Of a stretch of DNA of 32,000 nucleotides, positions 9,401 through 19,543 are shown piece by piece. This DNA comes from Phycisphaera mikurensis NBRC 102666 (lineage in GTDB: Bacteria; Planctomycetota; Phycisphaerae; Phycisphaerales; Phycisphaeraceae): positions 2,370,001 to 2,402,000 of the forward strand of contig NC_017080.1 of assembly GCF_000284115.1 (NCBI RefSeq), in the 5' to 3' direction. The notes under the pieces were generated by a model. It made no database searches and was not told where the DNA came from. It was given only the letters and a program-made list of their open reading frames with translations. The translations under genes and the position numbers were made by a program. Position 1 is the first letter of the stretch. Each line of letters starts with the position of its first letter.

Positions 9401-9497
9401 CGTGCAGGCGGTGCGGGTGAGGGGAGCCGCCACCGGGGTGGCGAGGACCACAGCAACGCAAGATTCGAGCGAGGCTGCCGGTCGCGCCCCCGCGTGA
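6432..9497 (+). CDS. FAD-binding and (Fe-S)-binding oxidoreductase (D-lactate/glycolate/D-2-hydroxyglutarate dehydrogenase, YdiJ-like)
   Basis: FAD_binding_4-like RGGATSLSGQTFGPGLVLDFSKHMDQV, VGGMIGNNTCGTRSVVYGK, C-terminal CLSCKACKTECPNAVDMGKMKADVM and CCG-type motifs (DAGCCQRPRLSKG, DSGCCGMAGSFG). Confidence 0.93.
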   Translation: MSIAPSPARVPAASPVLTDTDEADAFVGELSRRCRGEVLTGRTLRGIYATDASLYQQFPRAVLVPRDEADVAAAVRVCAAHRVPITPRGGATSLSGQTFGPGLVLDFSKHMDQVISVDAEAGTAVVQPGVVRDRLNAQVAEHGLHLSPDPATGSRATVGGMIGNNTCGTRSVVYGKTIDSVISLRCVLADGTVADFTPCDDQTWQARARGEGVSETEARLYRGVRDLVLKHQDAIRTGYPEVLRRVSGYNLDEFVDGAGYTGDIGPRREHNQGHRTWNLANLMVGSEGTLGLITEATVHLEKLPEATALVIVHFDSLDASLRHVDAMLEHKPSTVELLDDIVIREAKVNPSTKAMCNFVEGEPAAVQLVEFFGDTPEEAADRAENFARDMAVRGIGYAHPIRTDPKGMADVWNTRKLGLGLISNNYGPLKGKDFIEDACVPTRHLADYIQKIQKLCQENGIDRLALYAHASVGVVHVVPALDLHHDDQVETMERVAEQAFAWVMEYGGSWSGEHGDGQLRGQFLPKMFGPELYGAFREVKSLFDPHNLMNPGKVVDADPMSEGLRYQVPGYNKRIAEVRTLHHHRSQGGFQLAVEQCNGVGACRKLGSGTMCPSYMATRNEKDTTRGRANALRLAMSGQLGPDPMAALAGDGVKGVLDLCLSCKACKTECPNAVDMGKMKADVMQIRHDRYGASLGYKLLGRMPDAAARIAGPLAPLIQLPLKIPGVRFVMEKLTGIDRRRPLPAFSSTTLARELGGRRPRSEVEAPRGPVVLFDDTYASYMEPGVGVAAVELLEAAGFRVTLADAGCCQRPRLSKGLVREAKQLGTQTLRNLDGFAREGLKIVCLEPSCASALVDDLPDLCDDGEEAEMGRRVAEQVRMIDVFLDEEGVELESSVGDTLLHGHCHQKAMFGTASTKRALGAGCTEVDSGCCGMAGSFGYEHMNVSEKIGEDRLFPAVRGAAAAGKTIVAPGLSCRHQILDFLGVEAKHFVQAVRVRGAATGVARTTATQDSSEAAGRAPA

Positions 9498-9550
9498 CCC
9501 GCACCCGCCCGGCGCTCTCGCTGTTTCCTGCCCGCTAGCTTGGCACCGCC

Positions 9551-10348
9551 ATGCCCTCCCAGAGCCCCCCTGGCTCCAGCCTCGACGGGGGCCTCGCCGC
9601 CTTCGCCCGCAGCGTCGCGCTCTGGCCCCCGCCCGCGGACGGTCCGGAGAATCCGTCCTTTCCGCTCACGGTCCGCGACGCCTGGGCCGATCTGCACCGC
9701 ATGCACCGCGAGCCGGCGCCGCAGCCGCGGCCGCTGGTGCTGGTCGGCGGCTGGCTCGACCCGCTCGTGGGGATGCGGTGGGTGCAGCGGCGGCTGGGGA
9801 AGTGCTTCGCGCGGCCGCGGATCCTGCTCGTCCACCACGCGATCTTCGCGACGCACCGGGCGTACCGCGACCGGCTGGTCGCCGCGGTGGACGCGGCGTT
9901 CCCCGGTGAGGAGGTCGACGTGGTCGGCCACTCCATGGGCGGGCTCCTGGCTCGCTACGCGGCGAGGCCGGTCGAGGGGGCGAAGCGGATCCGGATCCAC
10001 AGCCTCTACACCCTCGGCACCTGCCACCGCGGCGCCGCGATGGCCCCGCTGGTCCCCCTCGAGCCACTCGCCCGGGCCATGCTGCCGGGCAGCCCGCACC
10101 TGCGGATGCTCGACGACGCCCTGCCCGCCGCGGAGTACCGGCTCGTCTGCTACGCCCGGCTGCAGGACGAGCTGGTCGGCACCGACCGCTGCGCCCCCGC
10201 CGCTCACCCGCTGCACTGGGTCCCGAACCGGCGCTTCCAGCGGGCCCACCGGCGCTGCCGCGACGACGCCCGGCTGATCGCCGACGTCGCGCGGCGGATC
10301 CGCGGCGAGGAGCCCTTCGCGAAGGAGCCGGCAGCGCCTCTGCCCTGA
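9551..10348 (+). CDS. Alpha/beta hydrolase (lipase/PGAP1-like)
   Basis: VVGHSMGGLLARYAARPVEG nucleophile elbow; VLVGGWLDP oxyanion region. Confidence 0.75.
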   Translation: MPSQSPPGSSLDGGLAAFARSVALWPPPADGPENPSFPLTVRDAWADLHRMHREPAPQPRPLVLVGGWLDPLVGMRWVQRRLGKCFARPRILLVHHAIFATHRAYRDRLVAAVDAAFPGEEVDVVGHSMGGLLARYAARPVEGAKRIRIHSLYTLGTCHRGAAMAPLVPLEPLARAMLPGSPHLRMLDDALPAAEYRLVCYARLQDELVGTDRCAPAAHPLHWVPNRRFQRAHRRCRDDARLIADVARRIRGEEPFAKEPAAPLP

Positions 10349-10376
10349 GCGAGCGTCCGGAACGGATCGCTCTCTT
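10349..10376 (+). terminator. Imperfect hairpin GAGCGA..TCCG-GAA-CGGA..TCGCTC after the hydrolase gene
   Basis: Visible stem-loop with a bulge immediately after the stop codon. Confidence 0.35.
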
Positions 10377-10427
10377 CCTCGCGGCTCCTCCGCCCGTTTG
10401 CTGCGGTCGGCTCCCGTACCTTGCGGC

Positions 10428-11177
10428 GTGCCCACCGCCCTCTCCGTCAACATCAACAAGATCGCCCTGCTGCGGAACGCGCGGCCGGGCAACGTGCCCG
10501 ACCCGGTCGGCTTCGGCCGGCTGGCCCTGGAGGCCGGCGCCCAAGGCCTCACCGTGCACCCGCGGCCAGACGAGCGTCACATCCGCCGCGGCGACGTCGA
10601 GAGGACCGCCGCCCTCCTCGCCGAGCCGGCCTGGGCCGCGGCCGAACTCAACGTCGAGGGCAACCCGCTGCTTCCGCACTTCCTGCCGATCGTCCGCGGC
10701 GTGCGGCCCGACCAGGTGACGCTCGTGCCCGACGGTCCGGACCAGAACACCAGCGACCACGGCTTCGACGGCCGCGACGCGGAGCAGGCGCCGCGGCTCC
10801 GCGACCTGACGGCGGAGCTGAAGGCCCTCGGCTGCCGCGTTTCCCTCTTCGTCGACGCGGACGAGGCGGCGATGGAGCCGGCCGCCCGCCTCGGCGTAGA
10901 CCGGGTCGAGCTCTACACCGGCCCCTGGGCGGAAGCCTTCGGCACCGGGTCGGAAGCCGCGTCGCTGGGCCGTTTCCAGCGCGCCGCCGCGGCCGCGGCC
11001 GACGCCGGCCTCGGCGTCAACGCGGGGCACGACCTCAGCCTCGCCAACCTCGGCCGGTTCCTCTCGATCGGGGGCATCGAGGAGGTCAGCATCGGCCACG
11101 CCCTCTGCGCCGAGGCGCTGGAGCACGGCGTGGCCGAGACGGTGCGGCGCTACCTCCGCCTCTGCTCGGGGCGCTGA
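10428..11177 (+). CDS. pdxJ: Pyridoxine 5'-phosphate synthase
   Basis: LSVNINKIALLRNARPGNVPDPVGFGRLALEAGAQGLTVHPRPDERHIR...; VNAGHDLSLANL; GTG start at 10428 with the PdxJ N-terminus. Confidence 0.95.
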   Translation: MPTALSVNINKIALLRNARPGNVPDPVGFGRLALEAGAQGLTVHPRPDERHIRRGDVERTAALLAEPAWAAAELNVEGNPLLPHFLPIVRGVRPDQVTLVPDGPDQNTSDHGFDGRDAEQAPRLRDLTAELKALGCRVSLFVDADEAAMEPAARLGVDRVELYTGPWAEAFGTGSEAASLGRFQRAAAAAADAGLGVNAGHDLSLANLGRFLSIGGIEEVSIGHALCAEALEHGVAETVRRYLRLCSGR

Positions 11178-11192
11178 AGGCCGCCCGATCGA

Positions 11193-12320
11193 TCATCGCC
11201 CGGCTCCGGCCGACCCGCCGATCCGTGCCGCCGACTCCTCCAGCAGCTCCAGCACGCGGCGGATGGACTCCGCCGCCGGCAGCCCCGCGCCCACCGCCAC
11301 GGCCGCCCGCAGCCCCAGCGTCGCCGGGTCCTCCACCTCCACCCGCCCGCACAGCGCCACCACGGGCACGCCCGCGGCGGCCGATCGCCGCGTCACCGCC
11401 GCGACCGCCTTCCCGCTGCCGGTCTGTCCGTCGAGCATCCCCTCGCCGGTGACGACCAGGTCGAAGCCGCCGAGCCGCCGATCGAAGCCCACCGCGTCCA
11501 GCAGCAGGTCCGCGCCGGGCACCAGCTCCGCGCCCAGCAGCGCCACCGCCCCGCCGCCGAAGCCGCCCGCGGCGCCGGCACCCGCCCGCGTCGCCACGCT
11601 CACGCCCAAGCCCTCGCGGAACACGCGCTCCAGGTGACACAGCCCCGCGTCCAAGGCCGGCAGGTCCGCCTCCGCCGCCCCCTTCTGCCGGGCGTACACG
11701 CGAGCCGCGCCCGCCGGACCGGTCATCGGGTTGGCGACGTCGCACGCCACCCGCAGCCGCACGCCCGCCAGCCGCGGGTGGAGCCCCCCGAGCGCGATGC
11801 CGCTCACCGAGGCGAGGTCCGCCCCCGTCGGCTGCGCGACCCGCGAGCCGTCTCCCCGCAGCACCGCCGCCCCCAGCGCCGCCGCCGCCCCCAGCGCCCC
11901 GTCGTGCGTGGCGGAGCCGCCGATGCCCAGGACGATCTCCTCCGCTCCCGCGTCCAGCGCCGCCGAGAGCAGCTGCCCGGTCCCGTAGGTCGACGTCTTC
12001 CACGGGTCTCGCTCCGCCTCGTCGAGCCGCTCCAGGCCCGAGGCCTCCGCGAGGTCCAGCACCGCGTGTCGGACGCCTCCGACGCTGCCGATCCAGAAAC
12101 GCCCGCGGACCGGCCGCCCCAGCGGGTCGAGGGCCTCGCGGTCCGCGGCCTCCAGGCCCGCGGCGGCGGCGTACGCCGCCGCGAAACCCTCGCCCCCGTC
12201 CGCGATCGGCCGCTCCACCGCCTCGTGGCCCGCCCGCCGCAGCCCCGCCGCGATCGCACCGGCCGCCTCGGCCGCGGTGCAGGCGTCCTTGAAGCCGTCG
12301 GGGCACACGAGCACGCGCAT
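11193..12320 (-). CDS. Glycerate kinase (GarK/GlxK family)
   Basis: MRVLVCPDGFKDACTAAEAAGAIAAGLRR...PIADGGEGF; IGGSATHDGALGAAAALGA; VVTGEGMLDGQT. Confidence 0.93.
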   Translation of the reverse strand: MRVLVCPDGFKDACTAAEAAGAIAAGLRRAGHEAVERPIADGGEGFAAAYAAAAGLEAADREALDPLGRPVRGRFWIGSVGGVRHAVLDLAEASGLERLDEAERDPWKTSTYGTGQLLSAALDAGAEEIVLGIGGSATHDGALGAAAALGAAVLRGDGSRVAQPTGADLASVSGIALGGLHPRLAGVRLRVACDVANPMTGPAGAARVYARQKGAAEADLPALDAGLCHLERVFREGLGVSVATRAGAGAAGGFGGGAVALLGAELVPGADLLLDAVGFDRRLGGFDLVVTGEGMLDGQTGSGKAVAAVTRRSAAAGVPVVALCGRVEVEDPATLGLRAAVAVGAGLPAAESIRRVLELLEESAARIGGSAGAGR

Positions 12321-12337
12321 CCCGTCAAGCTACCCCG

Positions 12338-12862
12338 GTGAGCGAGCACGACGAACCCATGATGCGCCACGCGCTGCGGCTCGCGGCCGAAGCGGCCGCC
12401 CTCGGCGAGGTGCCCGTGGGGGCCGTCGTGCACCGCGACGGGGAGATCCTCGGGCGCGGCGCCAACCGCCGCGAAGCGCGGGCCGATCCCACCGCCCACG
12501 CCGAGGTCCTCGCCCTCCGCGCCGCCGCCGCCCGCCTGGGCACGTGGCACCTGGAGGGCTGCGACCTGGTCGCCACGCTCGAACCCTGCCCGATGTGCGC
12601 CGGCGCGGCCATCAACGCCCGCGTCGCCCGCGTCGTCTACGCCGCCGCCGACCCCAACGCCGGCTGCTGCGGCAGCCTCATGGACCTCTGCGCCCACACC
12701 CGCTTCAACCACCATCCGCGGGTGACCGGCGGCGTGCTCGCCGAGGAGGGGGCCGCCCTGCTGCTCGCCTTCTTCCGCTCCCGCCGGAAGAAGCCGCCCG
12801 CCGCCGCCGCACCCCCCGCCGGCCCCGACGGGCGAGCCCCCAACCGCCAAGCGCCGGGCTGA
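12338..12862 (+). CDS. tadA: tRNA-specific adenosine(34) deaminase
   Basis: MMRHALRLAAEAAALGEVPVGAVVHRDGEILGRGANRRE..DPTAHAEVLALR.., TLEPCPMCAGAAINARVARVVYAAADPNAGCCGS. Confidence 0.95.
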   Translation: MSEHDEPMMRHALRLAAEAAALGEVPVGAVVHRDGEILGRGANRREARADPTAHAEVLALRAAAARLGTWHLEGCDLVATLEPCPMCAGAAINARVARVVYAAADPNAGCCGSLMDLCAHTRFNHHPRVTGGVLAEEGAALLLAFFRSRRKKPPAAAAPPAGPDGRAPNRQAPG

Positions 12863-12931
12863 GAAACGCGGGCGGGCACGCTCCGGCGCCCCGGGGGCGG
12901 CGGCCCCCGACGCGGGTACACTCTTGCCCCC

Positions 12932-13004
12932 GGGCCTGTAGCTCAGTTGGGAGAGCGCTGCCTTTGCAAGGCAGATGTCGTCGGTTCGAGCCCGTCCAGG
13001 TCCA
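12932..13004 (+). tRNA. tRNA-Ala(TGC)
   Basis: GGGCCTG TAGCTCAGTTGGGAGAGC G CTGCC TTTGCAA GGCAG ... CAGGTCC A; complete cloverleaf with anticodon TGC. Confidence 0.97.
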
Positions 13005-13010
13005 TCTCAG

Positions 13011-13051
13011 GGTGCGAGGAGGCTCGCACCGGCTCGCCCGCGGGGCGAGCC
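13011..13051 (+). terminator. Two back-to-back perfect hairpins immediately downstream of tRNA-Ala
   Basis: GGTGCGAG-GAGG-CTCGCACC (13011-13030) followed directly by GGCTCGCCC-GCG-GGGCGAGCC (13031-13051). Confidence 0.55.
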
Positions 13052-13221
13052 TCCCGCGGCGGCGGACCGGATGAGGATCCGCTGAGGGTCGCCGCGGGCG
13101 AGGCTCGCTCCGCCGGGCTTGGGGAACACGACGGAGCCACGCGAATGCCTGCCGCCCGGACAGCCCGACGCACCCGCCCGCGTGGCCGTATCCCGCTCAC
13201 GCCCCACGCCGGTGCGCCGTC

Positions 13222-14208
13222 GTGACGCTCACCTACCGCACCGTCTTCGTGAGCGACGTGCACCTGGGCTGCCGCGCCGCCCGTGCGAAGGCCCTGAACC
13301 GCTTCCTCAAGCACCTGCGTTGCGAGCGGCTGTACCTCGTCGGCGACGTGATCGACATGTGGCGGCTGAAGTCGAAGTGGCACTGGCCCGAGAGCCACAA
13401 CCGGGTGCTCCGCCGCCTGCTCGACCACAGCAAGCACGGCACCGAGGTCATCTTTCTGCCCGGGAACCACGACGAGGCCGCCCGGCAGTTCATCGGCGCC
13501 GAGTTCGGCGGCATCCACGTCCGCGCCCTCGACGTCCACGAGACGCTCGACGGCCGGAAGCTGCTCGTCACCCACGGCGATCAGTTCGACATCGTGGTCC
13601 GCAGCGGCCGGCTCCTGCCGATGCTCGGGGCCCAGGGGTACAACCTGCTCCTCGCCGCCAACCGGCCCTTCAACGCGATCCGGCAGAAGCTCGGCCTGCC
13701 CTACGCCTCGCTCTCCAAGCGGGTCAAGTACAGCGTCAAGCGTGCCTGCACGCACATCTCCAACTTCGAGGAGCTGCTGATGCTCGACGCCCACAACCGG
13801 GGGCTCGACGGCGTCGTCTGCGGCCACATCCACCACCCCGCCTTCCGTCCCCGGAGCCTCTTCCCGCAGCAGTTGGTCGACTACTACAACTGCGGCGACT
13901 GGATGGAGGGATCTTCCGCCCTGGTCGAGCACCTCGACGGACGCCTCGAACTCATCGACGCGGAGGCGGTGGTGGAACAGCACCGGGCGCAGGCGGAGGA
14001 GGAGGCCGACGAAGCGGCGACGGACGAAGCTCAGCCGTCGCTCGTGGAGCTCATCGCGTACGGCCGCATCTTCGCTGAAGCGGGAGGATCGCCGCCCGTC
14101 GCGGACCGCACGGACCCCGCGGATCCCGTGGTGGGGGTCATCCGCCCCGCGACCGAGCCCGGCGGCGACCGCCCCGCCACCCCCGACGACGCGCCAAATC
14201 GAGCGTGA
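13222..14208 (+). CDS. LpxH-like UDP-2,3-diacylglucosamine diphosphatase / calcineurin-like metallophosphoesterase
   Basis: FVSDVHLGCRAARA, YLVGDVIDMWRL, FLPGNHDEAARQF, VTHGDQFD, VCGHIHHPAF metallophosphoesterase motifs. Confidence 0.88.
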   Translation: MTLTYRTVFVSDVHLGCRAARAKALNRFLKHLRCERLYLVGDVIDMWRLKSKWHWPESHNRVLRRLLDHSKHGTEVIFLPGNHDEAARQFIGAEFGGIHVRALDVHETLDGRKLLVTHGDQFDIVVRSGRLLPMLGAQGYNLLLAANRPFNAIRQKLGLPYASLSKRVKYSVKRACTHISNFEELLMLDAHNRGLDGVVCGHIHHPAFRPRSLFPQQLVDYYNCGDWMEGSSALVEHLDGRLELIDAEAVVEQHRAQAEEEADEAATDEAQPSLVELIAYGRIFAEAGGSPPVADRTDPADPVVGVIRPATEPGGDRPATPDDAPNRA

Positions 14209-14352
14209 AGCCACGCCCGCTTCGCGGGATTGTGACCGCCCCGAACGCGGCTCCTCGGTGCTTTTGCGTGGGTTAGAGCACCCCTGTCTGTTGCCCGACC
14301 CATGAGGCGTCGGCACAAGCCCGCTCGCCTCGGCACGATTGCATTATTCCAG

Positions 14353-14370
14353 GTGTCTGACACAAGTGTC
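14353..14370. promoter_or_regulatory. Short symmetrical element GTGTC-T-GACAC-AA-GTGTC, possible operator upstream of the pilus/T2SS cluster
   Basis: Three phased half-sites, about 240 bp upstream of the pilB-like start. Confidence 0.25.
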
Positions 14371-14606
14371 GTTTCCACCGTCCGCAGCAGATCTCGACGC
14401 CGGAGGTTCAGCCGAGCCTCGCCGGCGCCTCCGCCGCGACGGCGGCCCGCCCGGCGAATCTAACTTTCCAGCTGTCAAAGCGTCTTCAGCAGCTCCTGGG
14501 GGCTTCAAAGCCGCTCCCGACGCCGATAGACTGCGCTCACCCCCGTCCGCGTCCTGCCGCGGGGGGATCCCTCGACCGACGCCTCCTCTTCAACCCCACG
14601 CGCTCC

Positions 14607-16343
<1,737 letters not shown>

Positions 16344-16477
16344 ACCCACCTCCCGACGCCGCCACGCGGCGTTGCGACAACCGGGGTTCCTGCGAGATCG
16401 CGGGCCCCGCCTCCCCACCCGCCCTTTCGTTTCACGCGCTTCCCTCCCTGTGACCAGCCCACCCGGCTGGAGGTCCC

Positions 16478-17779
16478 ATGCCCACCTACGCATTCCAAGC
16501 CCTCAACGACGCCGGCAAGCCCCAGAAGGGCACGATCAACGCCGCGGATGCCGACGAGGCCGCCGCGCGCATCAAGAGCCAGGGTTTCTTCCCCACCGAG
16601 ATCCGCGAGCAGAAGTCCAAGAAGGGCAAGAAGGGCGGCGGCGGGGGCGGTGAGCCCGGCGCGAAGAAGAAGAAAGGCGGGCTCGGCTCGATCTCCATCG
16701 GCGGCGTCAAGCAGAAGCAGCTGACGGTCTTCACCCGCCAGATGTCGACGCTGCAGGACGCCGGCCTCCCCATCCTGCGGAGCCTCTCGATCCTCGAGCA
16801 GCAGCAGAAGCCCGGCCCGCTGAAGTCGGCGCTCGAGGAGATCCACGAGGACGTCTCCGCCGGCTCCGCGCTCTCCGACGCGATGTCGCGCCACCCCAAG
16901 GCGTTCAACAAGCTCTACGTGAAGATGATCGCCGCCGGCGAGGTCGGCGGCGTGCTCGACCTCATCCTCCAGCGGCTCTCCGAGTTCATGGAGAAGGCCG
17001 CGAAGCTCAAGGCCCGCATCATCTCCGCGATGATCTACCCGGCGGCGGTCATCTCCGTCGCCGGCGTGATCGTGCTGGGCATCATGCTGTTGATCGTCCC
17101 GAAGTTCATCGAGATCTTCAACGACTTCGGCACCGAGCTGCCCGCCCTGACCACCTTCCTGATCGAGTCGGCGAAGTGGCTTGCGGGGCCGCTGCTGCCC
17201 GAGGACCAGCGGGGCACGATGCCGATCCCCGGCGTCATCCTGCTGCTCTTCGTGCCGTTCCTGATCTTCTTCGCCTTCAAGTTCATCCGCAAGACCACGA
17301 TCGGCAAGAACGTAACCGACCGCGTCCTGCTGATGATCCCCGTCGCCGGGCAGCTGATCCGCAAGTCCACGATCGCCAAATTCACGCGGACGCTGGGCAC
17401 CCTGGTGAACGCCGGCGTTCCCATCCTCGACGCGATCACGATCACCTCCGAGACCACCGGCAACGCGATGTACTCCAACGCGTTGATGGCCGTCCACGGC
17501 AGCGTGCGGCAGGGCGACTCGTTCGCCGAGCCGCTCCGGAAGGCCAAGGTGTGCGACCCGATCGTCGTGAACATGATCGACGTCGGCGAAGAAACCGGTG
17601 ACCTCGACAAGATGTTGCTGAAGATCGCCGACAACTACGACGAAGAGGTCGATGTCGCCGTCGCCGGCCTGGTTTCGCTGCTCGAGCCGATCATGGTGGT
17701 CGTGCTCGGCGGCATCGTCGGCTTCATCGTGGTCGCGCTGTTCCTGCCTCTCGTGAAGCTGATGAGCTCGCTCATGTGA
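16478..17779 (+). CDS. Type II secretion system F family / PilC-like inner membrane platform protein
   Basis: FTRQMSTLQDAGLPILRSLSILEQQQ, KMIAAGEVGGVLDLILQRLSEFMEK, FTRTLGTLVNAGVPILDAI, MIDVGEETGDLDKMLLKIADNYDEEV. Confidence 0.96.
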   Translation: MPTYAFQALNDAGKPQKGTINAADADEAAARIKSQGFFPTEIREQKSKKGKKGGGGGGEPGAKKKKGGLGSISIGGVKQKQLTVFTRQMSTLQDAGLPILRSLSILEQQQKPGPLKSALEEIHEDVSAGSALSDAMSRHPKAFNKLYVKMIAAGEVGGVLDLILQRLSEFMEKAAKLKARIISAMIYPAAVISVAGVIVLGIMLLIVPKFIEIFNDFGTELPALTTFLIESAKWLAGPLLPEDQRGTMPIPGVILLLFVPFLIFFAFKFIRKTTIGKNVTDRVLLMIPVAGQLIRKSTIAKFTRTLGTLVNAGVPILDAITITSETTGNAMYSNALMAVHGSVRQGDSFAEPLRKAKVCDPIVVNMIDVGEETGDLDKMLLKIADNYDEEVDVAVAGLVSLLEPIMVVVLGGIVGFIVVALFLPLVKLMSSLM

Positions 17780-17876
17780 TGCGGGCGTGGGCGGAAAATG
17801 ACCGCATTTCGTTGTCGAATCGTTGATTCAGCCTGTCGATTCATCTAAACTAAGACTCTTGCGAAGGAGACGAATC

Positions 17877-18530
17877 ATGCCGCGGATCATCCTCCCTTTA
17901 TCCGAACTTCGGCGACGGTCCGCGGGCTTTACGCTCATCGAGTTGCTCGTCACCATCAGCATCATCGCGATCCTCGCGGGCATTTCGATTCCTGTCATCA
18001 CCTCGATGCTCAAAGCCGCCGATTCCGGCCGCATGAAGTCTTCGCTTGCCGGCCTCCGCGCCGCTGCGGAGGAGTACCAGGTGATGACCGACAGCAACGT
18101 CGACCACACACTGGCCCGCTTCCCGAGCTTCCCTTCGCTTCAGGTCGAGGCGAAAGACGTACCCGGCAACAACACGATCCAGCTTTTCGTTTACGAGGCC
18201 GGCAAGGTTCCTTCGGTGGCGTCGCTGCTGGTGAGCAGCGCCCGCAAGGACCTCAAGATCTTCGACGGCACCGACTTCGTCGTGCTCGCCGATCCCACGC
18301 TCATCACCGATCCCGCCGCGGTGCAGCTGCTCGACGCGTTCGGCAACCCGGTCCGGTACGCGGCCTTCGTCGACAAGGGCGACGCGTTCACCGACGACGA
18401 CTACCTGCCGGCGCATCCCGGCCCCTTCTTCGCCTCCGCGGGGCCCGACGGCCTCTGGGGCACCGTGAACCGCAGCGGCGAACCCGACGCGGACGCGGAA
18501 GACAACCTCTACAGCTTCGACGACCTATGA
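17877..18530 (+). CDS. Major-pseudopilin-like protein (GspG-type prepilin N-terminus)
   Basis: SAGFTLIELLVTISIIAILAGISIPVITSML prepilin signal; GAAGGAG-like RBS upstream of ATG at 17877. Confidence 0.88.
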   Translation: MPRIILPLSELRRRSAGFTLIELLVTISIIAILAGISIPVITSMLKAADSGRMKSSLAGLRAAAEEYQVMTDSNVDHTLARFPSFPSLQVEAKDVPGNNTIQLFVYEAGKVPSVASLLVSSARKDLKIFDGTDFVVLADPTLITDPAAVQLLDAFGNPVRYAAFVDKGDAFTDDDYLPAHPGPFFASAGPDGLWGTVNRSGEPDADAEDNLYSFDDL

Positions 18531-19543
18531 GCCGCCTCCTCCCACCCCGCAGGCGGACCGGCTTCACGCTCATCGAGTTGCTGACGTCGATCTTCCTGAT
18601 CAGCCTGATCCTGGGGATCTCCTTCCCCTTCCTCCGCTCCACGGTGCGGTCCAGCAGCATCGACATGGCCGTCGGCCAGGTGAACAGCGGCGTTGCCGCC
18701 GCCCGGGTCTACGCCACCCGCACCCGCCCCTTCCTCACCGCCCGCCGCGTGGGCGCCTCGGTCCGCACCGCCTCCGCCAACGGCGACGGCTTCAGCGGCG
18801 CGATCTGCCTGTTCACGCCCGCCGGCGCCCTCCGCGTCCTGGAGAACGACGAGAACGCCCGCGACAACCGGCTGCCCACCGGTGACGGCTGGCTGGAGAT
18901 GCAGTCGCCGCCGCTGAACGGCTACCGGGCCGTGGAGGGCCTCGACGAGATCCGCCTCCCGGGCCGGGCGATGTGCCTGGGCATCGTGCGCACCGGCGGC
19001 GGGCCCTACGAAGTGCAACTCGTTCCTCCGCCCTTCGCCATCCGCTTCTCGGCCGGGGGCACGCTCTCGATGGGCCAGGATCTGTCCGGCTTCAGCCCCT
19101 TCAGCGGCGACGATGATTTCCGCTACGTCTTCGTCAGCGCCGACGAGACGGTCGCCCGCCCCACCGGAACCGGCTCCTCCGCCCTGCTCGCCCCGGCACT
19201 GCAGTACGACGTCGACGAAGACCGCACGCGGCTGGCCGGCGGTTTGATCGACCTCGACGACTTCGGCCGCGGCGGCACCGAACGCAGCGACAGCGGGCGG
19301 ATCTCGCTGCCTTTCTCGGTGATAGAGACGGTTTCCGGCGTCCTGATCCTCGATCCCGATCAGGTGCCCGAGTCGTTCGCCCACCCGGGCACGGGCACGG
19401 CGACCGACACCGACTTCGAGATCGACCGCGTGAGCGCGTACGACCCCGACGAGAGCGCCGCGATCCTCCACTGGGCCACCGACTCCTCCGTCGGCCGGGT
19501 CCTGCTCTTCAACCGCACCACCGGACAGGACCTGACCCGATGA
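18527..19543 (+). CDS. Pseudopilin (GspH/FimT-like)
   Basis: RTGFTLIELLTSIFLISLILGISFPFLRSTVRSSSIDMAVGQV; 4-nt ATGA overlap with the preceding CDS. Confidence 0.85.
   Translation: MSRLLPPRRRTGFTLIELLTSIFLISLILGISFPFLRSTVRSSSIDMAVGQVNSGVAAARVYATRTRPFLTARRVGASVRTASANGDGFSGAICLFTPAGALRVLENDENARDNRLPTGDGWLEMQSPPLNGYRAVEGLDEIRLPGRAMCLGIVRTGGGPYEVQLVPPPFAIRFSAGGTLSMGQDLSGFSPFSGDDDFRYVFVSADETVARPTGTGSSALLAPALQYDVDEDRTRLAGGLIDLDDFGRGGTERSDSGRISLPFSVIETVSGVLILDPDQVPESFAHPGTGTATDTDFEIDRVSAYDPDESAAILHWATDSSVGRVLLFNRTTGQDLTR

Noticed and set aside
6348-9461. N-terminal extension of the 4455..9461 minus-strand ORF (1668 aa)
   Set aside because: Antisense to the well-supported FAD/Fe-S oxidoreductase; Arg/Ala-rich high-GC shadow translation. 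Real SppA starts at about 6347.
9248-10552. 434-aa minus-strand ORF and the 9666..11126 486-aa minus-strand ORF
   Set aside because: Antisense to the hydrolase and pdxJ genes; biased composition, no motifs.
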